DNA from: Pristiophorus japonicus
Lineage: Eukaryota
Length of the DNA: 64,000 nt
Direction of reading: 5' to 3'
NCBI RefSeq assembly: GCF_044704955.1
Contig: NC_091980.1
Location: 52,266,001-52,330,000, forward strand
Made by a program: the position numbers and the translations under genes. Position 1 is the stretch's first letter, and each line of letters starts with the position of its first letter. This document shows positions 24,521-38,539 of this stretch, piece after piece. The notes beneath the pieces were generated by a model, which did no database searches, was not told the DNA's origin, and worked only from the letters and a program-made list of their open reading frames with translations.

Positions 24521-25239
24521 GGGGCTGAAATTGCCTCTTTTTTTAAAGGCCCGTTACCGCCTCTGAGGTGGTAATGGGGTGGTAAGGTCTTTCCGACCGG
24601 GGGCACGTGGATGGTGTAACCCGTCCGCAATTGCCCCTGTGCCCACGACTTCCTGCACCCTATAGCGCTTCGACCCGTTTTCGCCGCACGCCAACCGCTG
24701 ACCAACCGGCGGCATTCCCTTTTCCGCCCCACGGGGGAAATTGTCCCGCGGGAGCATGGTCGCCACCGGTCAGTGCCACTGACAGCTTCGCAAGGCGGAA
24801 AGCTTCCAGTGGCTGGGTGGTGCGTCCGCTCTTAAAGGAGAGGGCGCATCGCCGCGGCTGCCATTTATTTTAATTGTTGGCCGACTTTGCAGTTGGCCGA
24901 TAATGGCAGCCGCTGATTTGGCCTGCCGCCAACAGGTAGCCTTGCTCCCCCTCTTGGATGCCGGGGCGCTGGCCTGGCTGAACCACTTCTGGTGGCCCAG
25001 TGGGCGCCACAGAAGCCTCACTAGGCCTCGCAGCCTCCTTCCCCTTTAAGTGAAGGTGAGCGACGTTGCTAAGCGTCAGTGCGACAGTGATGGACACCAC
25101 CCCGCTCACGATGCAAAACGAGCCCCTCCACCACCTCAAACAGCACCCCAAAGTACTGGGAGGTGGTGACAAAGTTAAAGAGCTGAATTTTGCAGCTCTT
25201 CCCTCTGCCCGAAACGGGTCGGAGGGTCAATTTCCCCCC
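24521..25239. mobile_element. GC-rich Harbinger-like MITE
   Basis: Termini GGGGCTGAAATTG / CAATTTCCCCCC; ATG on both sides (possible TSD, needs a 1-nt indel); related in inverted orientation to 36435-37221. Confidence 0.7.
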
Positions 25240-25657
25240 ATGCTTTCATTTAGCAGACAAGTAACATATATTTAATCAGTTATTTTAATTAAAATAATTA
25301 CAATTAAATATACAATTCCTCAGCCCCAACAAGGATATGTAGGTCAATTTGAACAGGGTGGGTACAGAAACAAATTTGGGTCAGACCTATCTCATGCCAC
25401 CAGGAACTGGATGTGTGCTTCACCACTGAAAGATTTGGGACTTTTGATGCTCGTTTTAAAGAAGACTAAAATAATGAACTTGGAATTGGACTCTGGCTTT
25501 TCTGGTAAAGAACGCAGCAGTCAGATTGACTGAAATCGGGATGCATATTGTCCAGGATGCTGAGAGAGAAACACGTGTTGGCCAGAGAAAAAGGAGCCTT
25601 TGTAAGATTATACCTGAAGTAGCTGATGAGAAGAAACAATGCTGACAGTTACAGGGA

Positions 25658-25830
25658 TCATCATCATCATCATCATAGGCAGTCCCTCGGAATCGAGGAG
25701 GACTTGCTTCCATTCCCTAAGTGAGTTATTTGATGGCTGAACAGTCCGATACGAGAGCCACAGACCCTGTTACAGGTGGGACAGACATTCGTCGAGGGAA
25801 GAGATGAGTGGGGCTGGTTTGCCACCCCAC
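25658..25830 (-). mobile_element. RTE LINE 3' end with (TGA)n tail
   Basis: Matches 52342-52500 (CPTCNRVCGS, GAAGCAAGTC.TCCTCGATTCCGAGGGACTGCCTATGATGATG). Confidence 0.85.
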
Positions 25831-26153
25831 CGATCCCTTCCTTATAAATACCCAGATTTAACTCTGCAGCAGAACTGGTGTGCGTGCGACCTTGCCCTCC
25901 AGGGAGCGGGCACCTGTGCTACCCTTTCCCCCTGCAGCCCACTCGTGCCCGGTGACTCACCACGGGCAGATCCCGCCTCTAAGCTACCCTCTAAAGTCCG
26001 CGCAGTGCCAGTATTGAGCTAGTGGCTGCGACTGAGTCCACGTCCTCAGGTCAAAACTACTGGCATTCACTTCCTTATCTGCTTGCAGGGATAAGGAAGT
26101 GAGGCCTGCAATATTGTTAAGAAATTCTTTGACATCTTATAATTAAACAGAAG

Positions 26154-26709
26154 GACCTAGAAATTTAATTGCGTAGCACCCGTTGTTTGGGCACTACAGG
26201 TGCCGTATTAGGTCAAAAATCGCATCCGAGCATGTAGAAGGCAACACTGGCTTGCTCATAATGCACCCATTTAATTCTCTTACTCAAGTTGCTCGGAACC
26301 TGTAGAGTCAGATAAATCTCCCATTGCAAAGTAAGAGGTTCACGCACCGTGCTCTGTCGAAACGTTGCACTCACTATGACCTCCAATTAATCCGGTTGTT
26401 CCTCCTTTCAAATAGCCTCCAGGTATCGCCTAAAGAAGGTAGGGCTGCCTTGTTTCTCCGGCGTGTTCAGGGGCGGGCGCTAAAGGAGGCGGCCACACCT
26501 AATTTTGCGAGCGGGGTGCTAGCGGGTCATTGCATGCGTATTGACGTCACGATCTGACTGAAGTTAGACAGCGAGGCGATAACGTTTTGCACCGCCAGTA
26601 AACCTGAACCAAATTTCCCGGTGGGGTGCTACAATCTGTGCGGTCGGGTGGTAAGCCATTCGAGATGCATTAATGCCCCTCCGAGGCTACACAACCAAAT
26701 TTCTCGCCC
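26154..26709. mobile_element. Harbinger-like MITE (degenerate TIRs)
   Basis: GACCTAGAAATTT ... AAATTTCTCGCCC termini; CpG-rich interior. Confidence 0.5.
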
Positions 26710-27469
26710 AAAGAATCTGATCAATTTTTTGTCTTGAGTTGTACTCGCTTGAAAGAAAATGGGTACATGAAAAGTTAATACTTTGTTTCTGGTACAAACT
26801 GTCACATTGTTTGTCAAGTTCAATACTTTAAAGTTAGAAAATAACAACAGTGTCTCGCTTGATTTCTTAGCCTTTTGTATTGTGACCAAGAGAAAAAAGT
26901 AATTTTATCCTAAGACGGCCAGTACAATACAACAATCCACTACAGAGATTGTAATTAGACAGGTGCTTTGCCCCAGACCCCCAAGGAATGTGACTGTTCT
27001 GCCACACGCACCGAATGCTTGCTCCAGCAACAGACACCGAGGGTACAGATGCTTGCGCCACTGCTGGGGACTCGATATAAATTGGCTGAGAGGCCACAAG
27101 GGAAATGATATGCAGTCCACCATCAGACCGCCAGGTATCAGGCACCAAGAATTAGTATTTTACTGCCAAACCATAAGGGTTGGAAACCTGTATCTACTGC
27201 CAGACCAGCAGCCCTGAGGGAAGTGAAAAATCAAAAATAGAAAATGTGGTCGTATTTATTTTAATCTAATTTCCAATGAGTTTCCTTTTGTGTCAGCTGT
27301 AGGACAGAGTAGAGTTAAAAGTCATCTTGTGATGTCACTAGGTTTTACTGGGAAAACTGAACATTTGGTCCAGATACACCATCATAGGTTATTGATGTCA
27401 ATCTGTTCATTTGAAAAGGAAATCAGATACATCACCAGTAGTACAAGTTAGGATAGTACCATAATGATG

Positions 27470-30138
27470 CAATTAAATGCAATTAGGGAAGGAAAGATGG
27501 GATGTGGTGTGGCAGTATTGGTTAAGGACAATGTTACAGTGCTGGAGAGGAAGGATGTCCTGGAGGCGTCAAGGACAGAATCTATATGGCTAGAGTTAAG
27601 AAATAATAGAGGTGCCATTACATTACCAGGTGTATTCCATAGACTACCTAATAATGGAAAAGATATGGAGGAGCAAATTTGCAGAGAAATTACAGAGGTG
27701 CAAGAACTATAGAGTAATAATAATGGGGGATTGCAACTATCCTAATATAGACTGGGATCGTAATATTGTTAGGGGCACAGAAGGGGAAGAATTTCTGAAG
27801 TGTGTTCAGGAGAACTTTCTTGATCAGTATGTTTTCAGCCCAATGAGGGAGGAGGCATTGCTGGATCTGGTTCTGGGGAATGAGGTAGGTCAAGTGGAGC
27901 AAGTGTCAGTAGATGAACATTTAGGGAACAGTGATCATAGTATCATAATGTTTAGATTAGCTGTGGAAAAGGACAGGGTGCAATCTAGAGTAAAAATGTT
28001 TAACTGAGGGAAGGCTAATTTTAGTGGGATGAGAACAGATCTGACCCCCGTAAATTGGAATCAAAGACTGGCAGGCAAAACTGTAATGGAACAATGGCCT
28101 TCCTTTAAAGAGAAAATAATTCGGGTACAGTTGAGATACATTCCCAGGGGAAAGGCAGGGCAACTAAAGCTAGGGCTCCCTGGATGATGAAACAGATAGA
28201 GAATATGATGAAGCAGAAGAAGAGCATGTATGACAGGTATCAAGTTGAGAATACATGTGAGAATCAGGCTAAACATAGAAAGGTCAGGGGAGAAGTGAAA
28301 CAGAAAATAAGAGAAGCACAGAGAGGTTATGAGAATGGAATGACAGCCAACATAAAAGTTAATCCAAAATTCTTCTATAGGCATATAAATAGTAAAAGGG
28401 TAGTAAGAGGAGGGGTGAGGCCAATTAGGGAGTGAAAAGGAGACCTATGCATGGAGGCAGAGGGTATGACTCATGTAATAAACAAGTACTTTGCATCAAT
28501 CTTCAACAAGGAAGAGGATAGATATCGTGAAGGAGGAGGTCGTGGAGGCACTTGATATGATAACAATAGATAAAGAATAGGTATTAGAAAGGTTGGCTGT
28601 ACTTAAAGTAGATAAATCACTAGGAGTGGATGGGATACATCCTAGGATGCTGAGAGAATTGAAGGCAGAAATAGTGAAGGTACTGGCCATAATATTCCAA
28701 TCTTCCATAGATATGGGGATGGTGCGAGAGGTCTGGCGAATTGCAAATGTTACACCATTGTTCAAAAAAGGGTGTAAAGATAAACCCAGCAACTACAGGC
28801 CAGTCAGTTTAACCTTGGCAGTGGAGAAGCTTTTAGAAACAGTAATCAGGGACAAAATTAACAGTCAGTTGGATCAGTGTGGATTAATTAAGGAAAGCCA
28901 GAATGGATTTGTTAAAGGCAAATTGTGTGTAACCAACTTGATTGAGTTTTTTGATGAGGGTAATGCAGTTAACGTAGCATAAATAGATTTCCAAAAGGCA
29001 TTCAACAAAGTACCACATATTAGGTTTGCCAGCAAAGTTGAAGCCCATCAAATAAAAGGGTCAGTGGCAGCATGGATATGAAATTAGCTATTAGAGATTA
29101 GTGGTGAATGGTAGTTTTTTGGACTGGAGGTGTCCAGTGGTGTTCCCCAGGGGTCAGTTCTAGACCACTGCTTTTCTTGATATATATTAATGATTGGATG
29201 TGGGTGCACAGGGCAAAATTAAAAATTTGCAAATGAAACAAAACTTGGAAGTATAGTGAACAGTGAGGAGAAGAGTGATAGACTTCAGGAAGACATAGAC
29301 AGGCTGGTGAAATGGGCGGACACGTGGCCGATGAAATTTAAAGCAGAAAAGTCTGAAGTCTTGCATTTTGGTAGCGAGAATGAGGAGAGGAAATATAAAC
29401 TAAATGCTACAATCATAAGGGGGCGGGTGCACAAACAGAGAGACCTGGGGGTATGTGTGCACAAATTGTTGAAGGTGACAGGGCAGGTTGAGAAAGCAGT
29501 TGAACAGGCTTACGGGATCCTGGACATAAATAGAGGTATAAAATACAAAAGTGTGGAACCTATGACGAACCTGTATAAAACACTGGTCCGGCCGCATTTG
29601 GAGTACTGTGTCCAATTCTGTGCAGCACACTTTATGAAGGATGTGAAGGCCTTGGAGACGGTGTAGAAAAGATTTACGAGAATGATCCCAGGAATGTTTC
29701 CAGTTACGTTGATAGACTGGAAAAGCAGGGGTTGTTCTCCTTGAAGCAGAGAAGAGATTTGATAGAGGTATTCAAAATAATGAGGATTCTGGACTGAGTA
29801 GATAGAAAGAAACTGTTCCCATTGGCAGAGGGGTTGAGAACCAGAGAACATAGATTTAAGGTGATTGGCAAAAAAAACATAGGCAATGCAAGAAGAAACC
29901 TTTTTACGCAGCAAGTCGTTGGGATAGGAATACACTGCCGGAAAGGATGGTGGAGGCAAACTCAATCTTACCTTTCAAAAGGGAGTTGGATAAGTATCTG
30001 AAGGAAAAATAATTGCAGGGCTACGGGGAAAGGGCAGGAGAGTGGGACTAGCTAAGAGTTGGTATGGGCTCGACAGGCCAAATGGCCTTCTTCCTTGCTG
30101 TAACCATTCTATGATTCTATCATTCTATCATTCTATGA
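27470..30138 (+). mobile_element. CR1 LINE ORF2 (endonuclease C-part to RT) with 3' UTR and (ATTCTATC/G)n tail, many stops
   Basis: ESIWLEL, IMGD.NYP.IDW, LDLVLGN, GNSDH, NYRPVSLT and RPHLEYCVQF motifs; octamer tail. Confidence 0.92.
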
Positions 30139-30150
30139 AACAGACACATT

Positions 30151-31904
30151 GGCCGCAATTGCCCCTACCTTGGCAGGTCGTGAAGGGTGACGTTGGTGGC
30201 AGGTCCTGATCCTGCTGCTGGCCCCAACCCGGTGTGTTGAATGATTTTATGATGATGGGGCTTGTTAAGCTCACTCAGCACGTTTGCCGGCAAATTGAAG
30301 GAAGTGGGTCTGATGATGTCATTTGATGATGGGTCATTAACTGGTTTCCTTAAAGGGACTATGTGCAAATTTATTTTGACATTTGTGCTGTCAGTGTTTT
30401 ACAGCATTGAGGTGCTGCAAACACTGACAAGCACTGCGCAAAGGTGCATGGCTGCACCCAGGATCTCCCGTGACTCCCTCCAGATGCTTATGGAGGGAAT
30501 CACAGCACACAGGGAGATTCTCTTCCTTTCCCATGGGCGGAAGAGATCTCCCTAGGAGACCAACGCAATCTGGTTGCACATTGCACAGAAGGACATAAGC
30601 AGGGATGTCGTCAGGAGGACCAGGCTGTAGTGGTGCAAATTTTTTAATGATCTCAGTAGATCACGAAACATTACGGCAAAGCCACATTCAACCTCATCCT
30701 GCTGTGTCACATCACATCTCCATCAATCTGCTTTCCCTACCCTACTCCTGCACATCCTTACTTACACCAACTTACCTTGCACCTCCACCCATCCCTCTCT
30801 ATCTACATTATCACTTCCCCATCTCACTAGCCACCACTCACACTCACCCTCATCCGAGTCCAGTCATACCAACTAATAACACACAATAGGCACTTAGGTG
30901 TTTTAGCCAATGCTCATGTAAAGTTTCTGTTAATATGATGGCCATCATTAAAACCTTTATTTTTAATACTTTGCGTTCTTGGACAGATCTGTGAAAACCT
31001 TTGGAAGTGGCTTACTGAGTTGCAGTAAATGGTGAGACATAACGGTACCCCCCACAATGGTGATGAATGTGAAAGGAATGGCTTGGGCATTGTAGGGATG
31101 CTTTATGGTGTTGGTGTGGGGTGGTGCCAACCTGGCACATCATGTGGCAGCCAGGATGTACAGTGTCAAGTGAAGTAAATCTGTCCATGGTGAGGCCATC
31201 CCCGACGTAATAGGCAGCAATGTGGCCGAGTGCTGATGCCCTGCGTCCTGTGCAGCATCAGTTGATTGCGGAGAAGGTTGATATTGTTGTTGTTGCTGCT
31301 GGAGTGCCTGGTGCTGCTGGTGTTGGAGCTGATCATGGTGGGATTCTGAGGACCAAGGCGAGAGAGTTTCAAGGGCACCGATGCTGATGTAATTGATGGC
31401 AGGTGCACATCAGATGACAGAAGCGATCTGTCAATGGTGAGTTTTTTAAAATGAGGTGGCACTGGATAGTTTACTCCAAACACTTGCAACTTGCATAAAG
31501 CACAATCTGTCTTGCAAATACAGTAAACAACAGCTTCTGTATTTGGAAAGTGAACAGCTGTGAGATGGGAGCTTTTATAGTACATTACCAGCTGTCAAGT
31601 AGTGAGATGCTTCCATGGTCATACAACTACCGAGCTCCTTACTTAACATGAATCCTGAGCAGCGTAGACCCCATTGTCAACCTCATAAAATGTAAAGGCG
31701 AGCTCAAAATACTTCTTAATGGGCTGTTGACAAGGTCATAATGGCATGAATTGCCTCCCCTGCCACTGCTTATTGGGTCTGTTCAGCCTGACATCTGGGA
31801 AAGGTGCATGGTGGTGAGTGGAGAGCGGGGTCCCGACCCGTTGTCAAAAAAAAAATCCCACCTGACGTGCCACCAAACTCCGCTGACCCCCTGAAAAATG
31901 CCCC
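30151..31904. mobile_element. Internally deleted PIF/Harbinger DNA transposon
   Basis: Myb/SANT-like relic on +, convergent Gln-rich transposase-like N-terminus on -, and a GGCCGCAATT left terminus like the local MITEs. The right end is uncertain. Confidence 0.65.
30451..30663 (+). pseudogene. Myb/SANT-like DNA-binding domain relic (Harbinger second protein)
   Basis: One frame reads AAPRISRDSLQMLMEGITAHREILFLSHGRKRSP*ETNAIWLHIAQKDISRDVVRRTRL*WCKFFNDLSRS, fitting the MSANTD-type pattern (PRF...L....LF...W..IA......RT..QC.K.F.DL). Confidence 0.75.
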
Positions 31905-32279
31905 ACCTCTTTTCAGGTGGACACTTGTACATGTGGGGAGATAATACTGTGAAATAACAGCATTGGGAAATGGAGCAAACACTCAAGAGATTAGATGGAG
32001 TGCATTTTTCTTTCTTATGTCTCGCTACTTCAAAAATTGACAGATGCTAAACATGAACTCCACATCACCCATTTTTCCATCTTCACTATTGTCATAGGCT
32101 CTGAACAAAGATTATCAAATTAGTTCAAGTTTTGTGCTCCTCATTCGGGCACACTTCAGGATAAAGTCCTACAATCAGTTTTTCCTCAAGTATTTGTCTG
32201 AAAACAAATAAGTTACGTTCCTTTGTTTTTGCTAATTCCCTCAGGATGTGTATTGTCTGCAGTTGACTGTGTGGACAGA

Positions 32280-32625
32280 TGACAGGGTAGATGCTGAGAG
32301 GTTGTTTCCCCTGGCTGGAGAGTCCAGAACTTGGGGGCATAATCTTAGGACAATGGGTTGGCCATTTCGGACTGAGATGAGGAGAAATTTCTTCACTCAG
32401 AGGGTTGTGAATGCTTGGCATTCTCTACCTCAGAGGGCTGTGGATACTCAGTCATTGAGTATATTCAAAGCTGAGATCGATAGATTTTTGGACTCGAAGG
32501 GAATTAAGGGATATGGAGATCAGGCGGAAAATGGAGTTCAGGTCAAAGATCAGTTCTTATTGAATGACGAAGCAGGTTCGAGGGTCCGTATGACCTACCC
32601 CTGCTCCTATTTCTTATGTTCTTAT
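32280..32625 (+). mobile_element. CR1 3' end with (TTCTTATG)n tail
   Basis: DRVDAERLFPL...RNFFTQRVVNAW; octamer tail. Confidence 0.92.
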
Positions 32626-33134
32626 ACTGTAATTTCTTGCTGGTGTATAGTCTCAATTACATTTTCTGTTGTAGACCCTTTATTTTACGTAGCATCACTA
32701 TTGATCTTGATTACTCAAGTAAACAAATTAAAAAACTTTGGCCTGACTACTATTTTCCATCTCCCACTTCCATCTCTGAGTCTCACTTATGCACTTTCTA
32801 ATAGCCCAACAAAGAGCTCGAAGCAGGCAACCTGTTGGCTCATTAGTTACAAAATTCATTTTTGGATCATGGGGTTTGAATGTTTCCCATTTCACTGTGG
32901 GAACAGAAAGCGCCATAGTAATAGATGATATTTGGTCTAAAGGATCACTGGCTACATGAACTCTACACCCATTTCACCCTGTTGGCAAGAGTGTGATCCT
33001 AATGCCACCAAGGTCGTGAGTTTGATCATTGCACGGGCTATTAGAAGTTTATTTCTTTCATGGCTCATTGTCACTTAGGGATTTGCGGCTGATCTTGGGT
33101 TCAAATCCCGGACGAACCCTAGTTTGCAGTTAAA

Positions 33135-33790
33135 TGAAAGGAAATCCAAAATTCTTCTATAGGCATATTAACAATAAAAGTGTTGTCAGAGGAGCAGTGG
33201 AGTTAATTAGGGACTAAAATGGAGGAGATAGAAGGCATGGCTGAGGTATTAACTGAGTATTTTGCAGATAGGACGAATAAGGAAGCCCCTACTCCTTGGA
33301 AAATAATAACCCAAATGTGCTAGAGGAGCAAAGGGATGTGTAGTTGTACAGATTCATAAATCATTAAAAGTAGCAATGCAGGGTAACAAAGCCATTAAAT
33401 ATGCATACATAGCACATAACAAGCTATGTTAAAGTTATATAGAACCTTAGTTGGACCACAGTTAGAGTATTGTGCTTAGTTCTGGTATCCATATTACAAA
33501 AAGGATACAGAGGTACTGGAGAAAGTGCAAAAAAGATTTACAAGGATGTTATCAGAACTGAGAGATTATAACTATCAGGAAAAATGGAATATGTTGGGGC
33601 TCTTTTCTCTAGTTGAAGCAAATAGCATAGCTGCATTTAAGGGGAAACTAGTTAAGTACATGAGAGAGAATGGAAAGTAGGATATGTGACACGGATGAGA
33701 TGAAGTAGGAGGAGGTTTGTGTGGAGCATAAACACCAGCAGAGACCCCTGTTGGGCCGAATGGCTTGTTTCTGTGCTGTAAATACTATGT
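33135..33790 (+). mobile_element. Old, internally deleted CR1 fragment
   Basis: NPKFFYRHI, LVGPQLEYC and VQKRFTRM motifs, followed by a CR1-type 3' UTR. Confidence 0.75.
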
Positions 33791-34907
33791 AATTAGATGT
33801 GCCCAGTTATACTCCAGGCACCAAATGTTGCAAACACAAGTTTATCAATTTAACAGATTGCTCCCGCTGGTGTTTTATTTTGATTTCAGAGTTTCAACCT
33901 CATGAAGATGCAGCATTTACATTTCATGTTATTTTACACTCAATCCAAATGTTGGTATAGAAGTAATACTTGCAGTGAATTCCAAAGCAGTGAGTCAATC
34001 AATAAGACTTGATTTAGACAATAAGCTGTTAGAGTGATGAACATGTGTGATTGTGACTGGAATCCTTAACTCGCTCTCATGTATTCCTTAATCTGTGTTT
34101 TTCTCTCCTTTTGAGAAATTTTTGAGCTCATCCAGGTAGGGGATGCCATGCTGGAGAATGGAACATTTTTCCACTCTTTTCATCCAGTCTTTGCATCAAG
34201 TGTCAAGACACATACAGTATAGCCAACATCAGGGTAAAGCTTTTTTACCGCTATCTCAACAATGTGTCTCACCTTAATCTCAAAGGAGCTCAACCAAATC
34301 CATTAGTGTGTCATTTTATTTCTTCATTGTTCTCATGGCAATTCTGAGTGAGATTTCCAATTAGCACTGAATTAGGAAGAGTCTTTGCTCTTTGCAACTA
34401 TACCCATGAGGAAATGTATCTTCACCTTGACACATGACCATTCTGTCTATCCTTCCCCAAACAAACAAAAAATCCAAATATGTTCTATGAGGTCAAATCC
34501 CTTTAATTGTCTCTTTATTTGTTCTTAGGATGTGGACAACGCTGACAAAGATATATTTATTGTCCATCCCCAGCTTCCTGCCAATTGAGTGAATTGCTAG
34601 CCCATCTCAGAGGGTATTAAAAGAAAACCACACCATTTGAGACGAGAGTTACATGTAGAGCAGACCAGACCAGTTTCCTTTCCTGAAGGACATCAGTGAA
34701 CCAGGTGGATTTTTATAAAAGTCCAGCAGTTTCTTCTGCTGCTAGCCCATAAATTATCAGATTTATTGAAATCAACCTGCCATGTTTGGTTTTGAACTCA
34801 TGACCTCTGATTTGCTAGTTCACTGCTAGAAACATCAGAATCAAAATATACTATTTTCAGTTTGCTTTGTTGTAAAGCTTGTTTTCTTGTTACAGCATGG
34901 TGACCGT

Positions 34908-35490
34908 GGGCTAGAATTTCCACTCCATTTCCACCGGGTTTTTCAGTGGTACTACTCATTTTCGGCAGAAAACCAACCAGCGAGAATGTCCACAAAGAGT
35001 TCCACCGCCGGTTGCAAAATACTGTTGGGGAGCGGACTGCCGGCGTGCACCGTCGAAAAAACCACTATCGCCCAAGTTTGGTCTCAGCGGTGAAAAACGT
35101 GCCCACAACGTGCCCACAAGAAAGCAGCCGGAGCTGGGCAGTTTATAATTCTTTTTAAATTATTTTACAGCGGTTAATTTGAAAAGGGTCCTGAGAATGT
35201 TTCCTGATTTTTTATTTTTTGTTTTTTATAAGTTTCCCCCCCACCCCCTCCTTAGGCCCAACCTACAGCCTCGGACTAAATTTAAATAAGCACCACCTAA
35301 TTTGATTAAGAACCGTCCAATTTGCACAGGATCGCGTTTTCCGCCAAGAATCTGCGTGTAAGACCCATTTTTCCCGCTGGGCAGAAATGCTTCCTTTTCT
35401 TGTGCAATTATTTGTCGGTGTTAATTTAATAATCTTAGCGTTTTTTGGGCGGCAATCCGGCAGTGGTGGATTTTATGGAAATTCTAGCCC
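34908..35490. mobile_element. MITE with perfect 15-bp TIRs (Harbinger-like)
   Basis: GGGCTAGAATTTCCA at 34908 and TGGAAATTCTAGCCC ending at 35490; no clean TSD visible. Confidence 0.8.
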
Positions 35491-36434
35491 ACTGTATCTT
35501 ACCTCGCTATTGTGTAGTACCATAACTGAATGATGCCAGGCAAAGGCCATAGCAGGTTGCTGCAATGTGGGAGTAAAGAAAACCAAGTATGGGTGTTATT
35601 GCAAGGTCACTATCATATGCTTTTCAGCTGCTGGTCAAAGAGGGCATTGGCGAAGGTCTAGAAGCAGGCTGCCCACCCATCTCTTGCAGCAGAGGTAATA
35701 GAGGCACCAGACATAGCATGGCTTTGATTTGTCTGCGTACATTTCATCCATCATCGGCTGGACTGGGAAAGTCATTTTCTCAGGCGGTGTGTGATGCAAC
35801 TAGTTTACCATTCCTCAGCTCACCATACTGGAAGCACCAACATGGTCCTGTGCCACTACGAATTATATGTCAACTTTTATTTTATGTTATTCATTCATTC
35901 CCTAACAGACAAAATCAAGGCAAATAAATCATTCCACTGTTACTAATATGATGTAACATAGGACTGAAGAAGAAAAGAATACATTTCATAGAGTTGCTGT
36001 CTACATTATCACTAACCCAGGGAACCTGGTAAAGCAGCGCTCCAAGAAATTTACTTCTTCACAGTCTAAATCTCTCAACTGACTAATGTCTAGCTGTAAT
36101 TGAGAAGAGTTAGTGCAGTGATGAGGTTTTTCTAATTACTGTTAAAATACTGATTAAAATGTTGAAAGTGTACAGCTGATATACATTCCTCTTCAAGTCT
36201 AAATTAGCTAGTTAATGTTGCATTGCGCATTTATAAAACTCTAGCTAGTCATCAATCATTTATCCACAAGCAAAGCTTTCTATCTGTCAGTTTTGACACA
36301 GACAATGTCACGAGCCCTCTTGACGGATGTTACAGCCAACACAATTTTCCAGCCTTGAGAGATTCTAAACATCAATGCCCTTTCTATATACGTTAATTCC
36401 ATACATGTCTGGTGGTTTATACTTGGAAGTTTAT

Positions 36435-37221
36435 GGGGGCGAAATTGCCCTGCGCCCCGATTGGGGGCAGTAACCATCTGGGGCCTGGAATTTCTGCACC
36501 TGGAGGAGAAGTCCCGCCGCCACAACAGAATTGGGCTTACCACCCCTCAAAGGAAGCAGAGCACACAATCGCGAACGCTCCCCTTCCTTTGGAGGCAGTT
36601 TCTGGGGCGCTACTGATGCAGTGAGTCAAGCGCTATGCGGATGCAATGCGTAGCGCTGACGCGCTTCAAGCCCCCTCCCCCCCACCAACCTCCCCCCCGC
36701 TTTGCTTAAAGGGGATGGCCATTGCGCACTCTCTTATGGCCTCCACTAGGCCACCATTGCACCCAAAATAGAGTGCCGGGCTGCACAATGGCCACCAGGA
36801 CCACCCCTAGGGCCGCCATCATGGAGCCGACCCGAGAGTCGGCAATCCAAAAAAGGTGGCAGCCCGGGTAGCTGGCACCCTCCCTTTTAGCTAGTGCACT
36901 GAGAGCCAGCTTCGTGCCCCGTGAAGCTGGCGTCGACACCTGCTCGCGCCAGCCTCGCGGCCTGCGGGGCAATTTCCCCCGCGGGGCGGTGAGAGATTGC
37001 CACCCACACTGATTACATCATCCGCGGTTGCGAGGCAGCCTGGGGCACTAACTGCAGTGCATGGCGCTGCCCTGGCTGTGCCGCCGCAAACTCTCAGGCA
37101 ATTTCCCGGGAGACAGTAGCGACCCCCGCCCCCCCCCAACCCGGGCGAAAAGTCTTCTCCACCCGTTACCACCCTCCAGAGGAGCTAACAGGCCTCAAAA
37201 AAAAGGGGGCAATTTCACCCC
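36435..37221. mobile_element. GC-rich Harbinger-like MITE
   Basis: GGGGGCGAAATTGCCC / GGGCAATTTCACCCC termini; TIR-like GGCAATTTCCC motifs repeated internally. Confidence 0.75.
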
Positions 37222-38539
37222 ACACATCTGTATCATGCCATTATCAAAATATTCTTAACTGTCAGAACATTTTTGTCTCATGATCCGCCCGCCTCTACTT
37301 TGATATGTATTTTATTAAAAGAAAAACAATCAGAATTTAAATAAAACTTTGATTTTTTTTTTACCAATTTTGGACCATTTGTGATCATTAAAGTAACAGT
37401 TCTCATCTTTTGAGAATGGAACACCTTTCCATTTCTGGCACCCCATGTCAGCATCAAATGCTCATATCAGGTTCAGCACAAGCTAGATGAAGAGTAAAGC
37501 TCTCTTGATTCAGCCACTAAAATAAGAAAGCTGGAGTTTAATAGTGCAAGCACTGGGAGCCAGCTCACAATCTAAATAAGATTCTGATTGTTTAGTACCT
37601 TAAACTCAAGGTGACAGTCAATGAACAGCAGTACTATTGTTTAATTTATAATTCATTGGAAAAGGGGTTATACTGAGTGCATGACCGGACAATGTCCGAC
37701 TCTCCGGCTGCAAATGGGACCAGACACAAATTTAAAATCATGAAGTTTAAATAAAAGTAGAGAAACACCAGGCAGACATGCAATTCACTGAGTGCTGTGC
37801 CATTAGCTCCATTACTGCTCAGCAGCAGCTGGGTTCCAATCCAAGCAGAAGGAAATGGCCTGTAATTGCTCTACTGAGCTGAAAGGCTGTCATCAGTACT
37901 TCACAAACAGCTAACTTACTTTTTTAAATAATAGAGGATTGTATGTGCATACGCATGAGTGCATATTTTTCTCATTTTGTAGCTAATAATTCAAATATGT
38001 AATATTCATCTTTTTACAACAGTGCACACAAGTTTCGATTCTTTGCCTGTATATATATTCTTTTAACTTTCAAAACACGAGGCTGAATTTCCCCAGGGGT
38101 TCTCCTGACTGGCTCCGTAACTTCAAGGACAAAGCCATGCAAACCCCTGTGGTTTCTGCGTCTCTTCCGCTGAAGTTACAGCGGACAAATGGAAGAAGCA
38201 AAAACTAATCTCCCTCTACCCATCGCTCCTTAACTTACCCTATGATTTTTCTCCCCTCACCTCTCCTCTTCTGATGACAGGGTCTCATGTTCATGACGAG
38301 CTACACTTACACATTCTTGGCTGACCTTTTCATAATTCACCTGAGTGGTCTGAGCCTGGATGGCATCAGCACACTTTTTGACGATGAGGGTCACTACAGC
38401 CCAGCTACAATCTTACCTTTACTCAACATCTACACATGCGTACTTTCCAGCAGTGATAGTGATCAGAAGCAAAGCTTGCCTGATTCTTCCTATCCCTAGC
38501 CATGAGCAGTGAGGCTAATTGCAACACCGTTACAATATT

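Noticed and set aside
32248-32928. 226-aa ORF
   Set aside because: CR1 C-terminus reading through its tail into unrelated flank.
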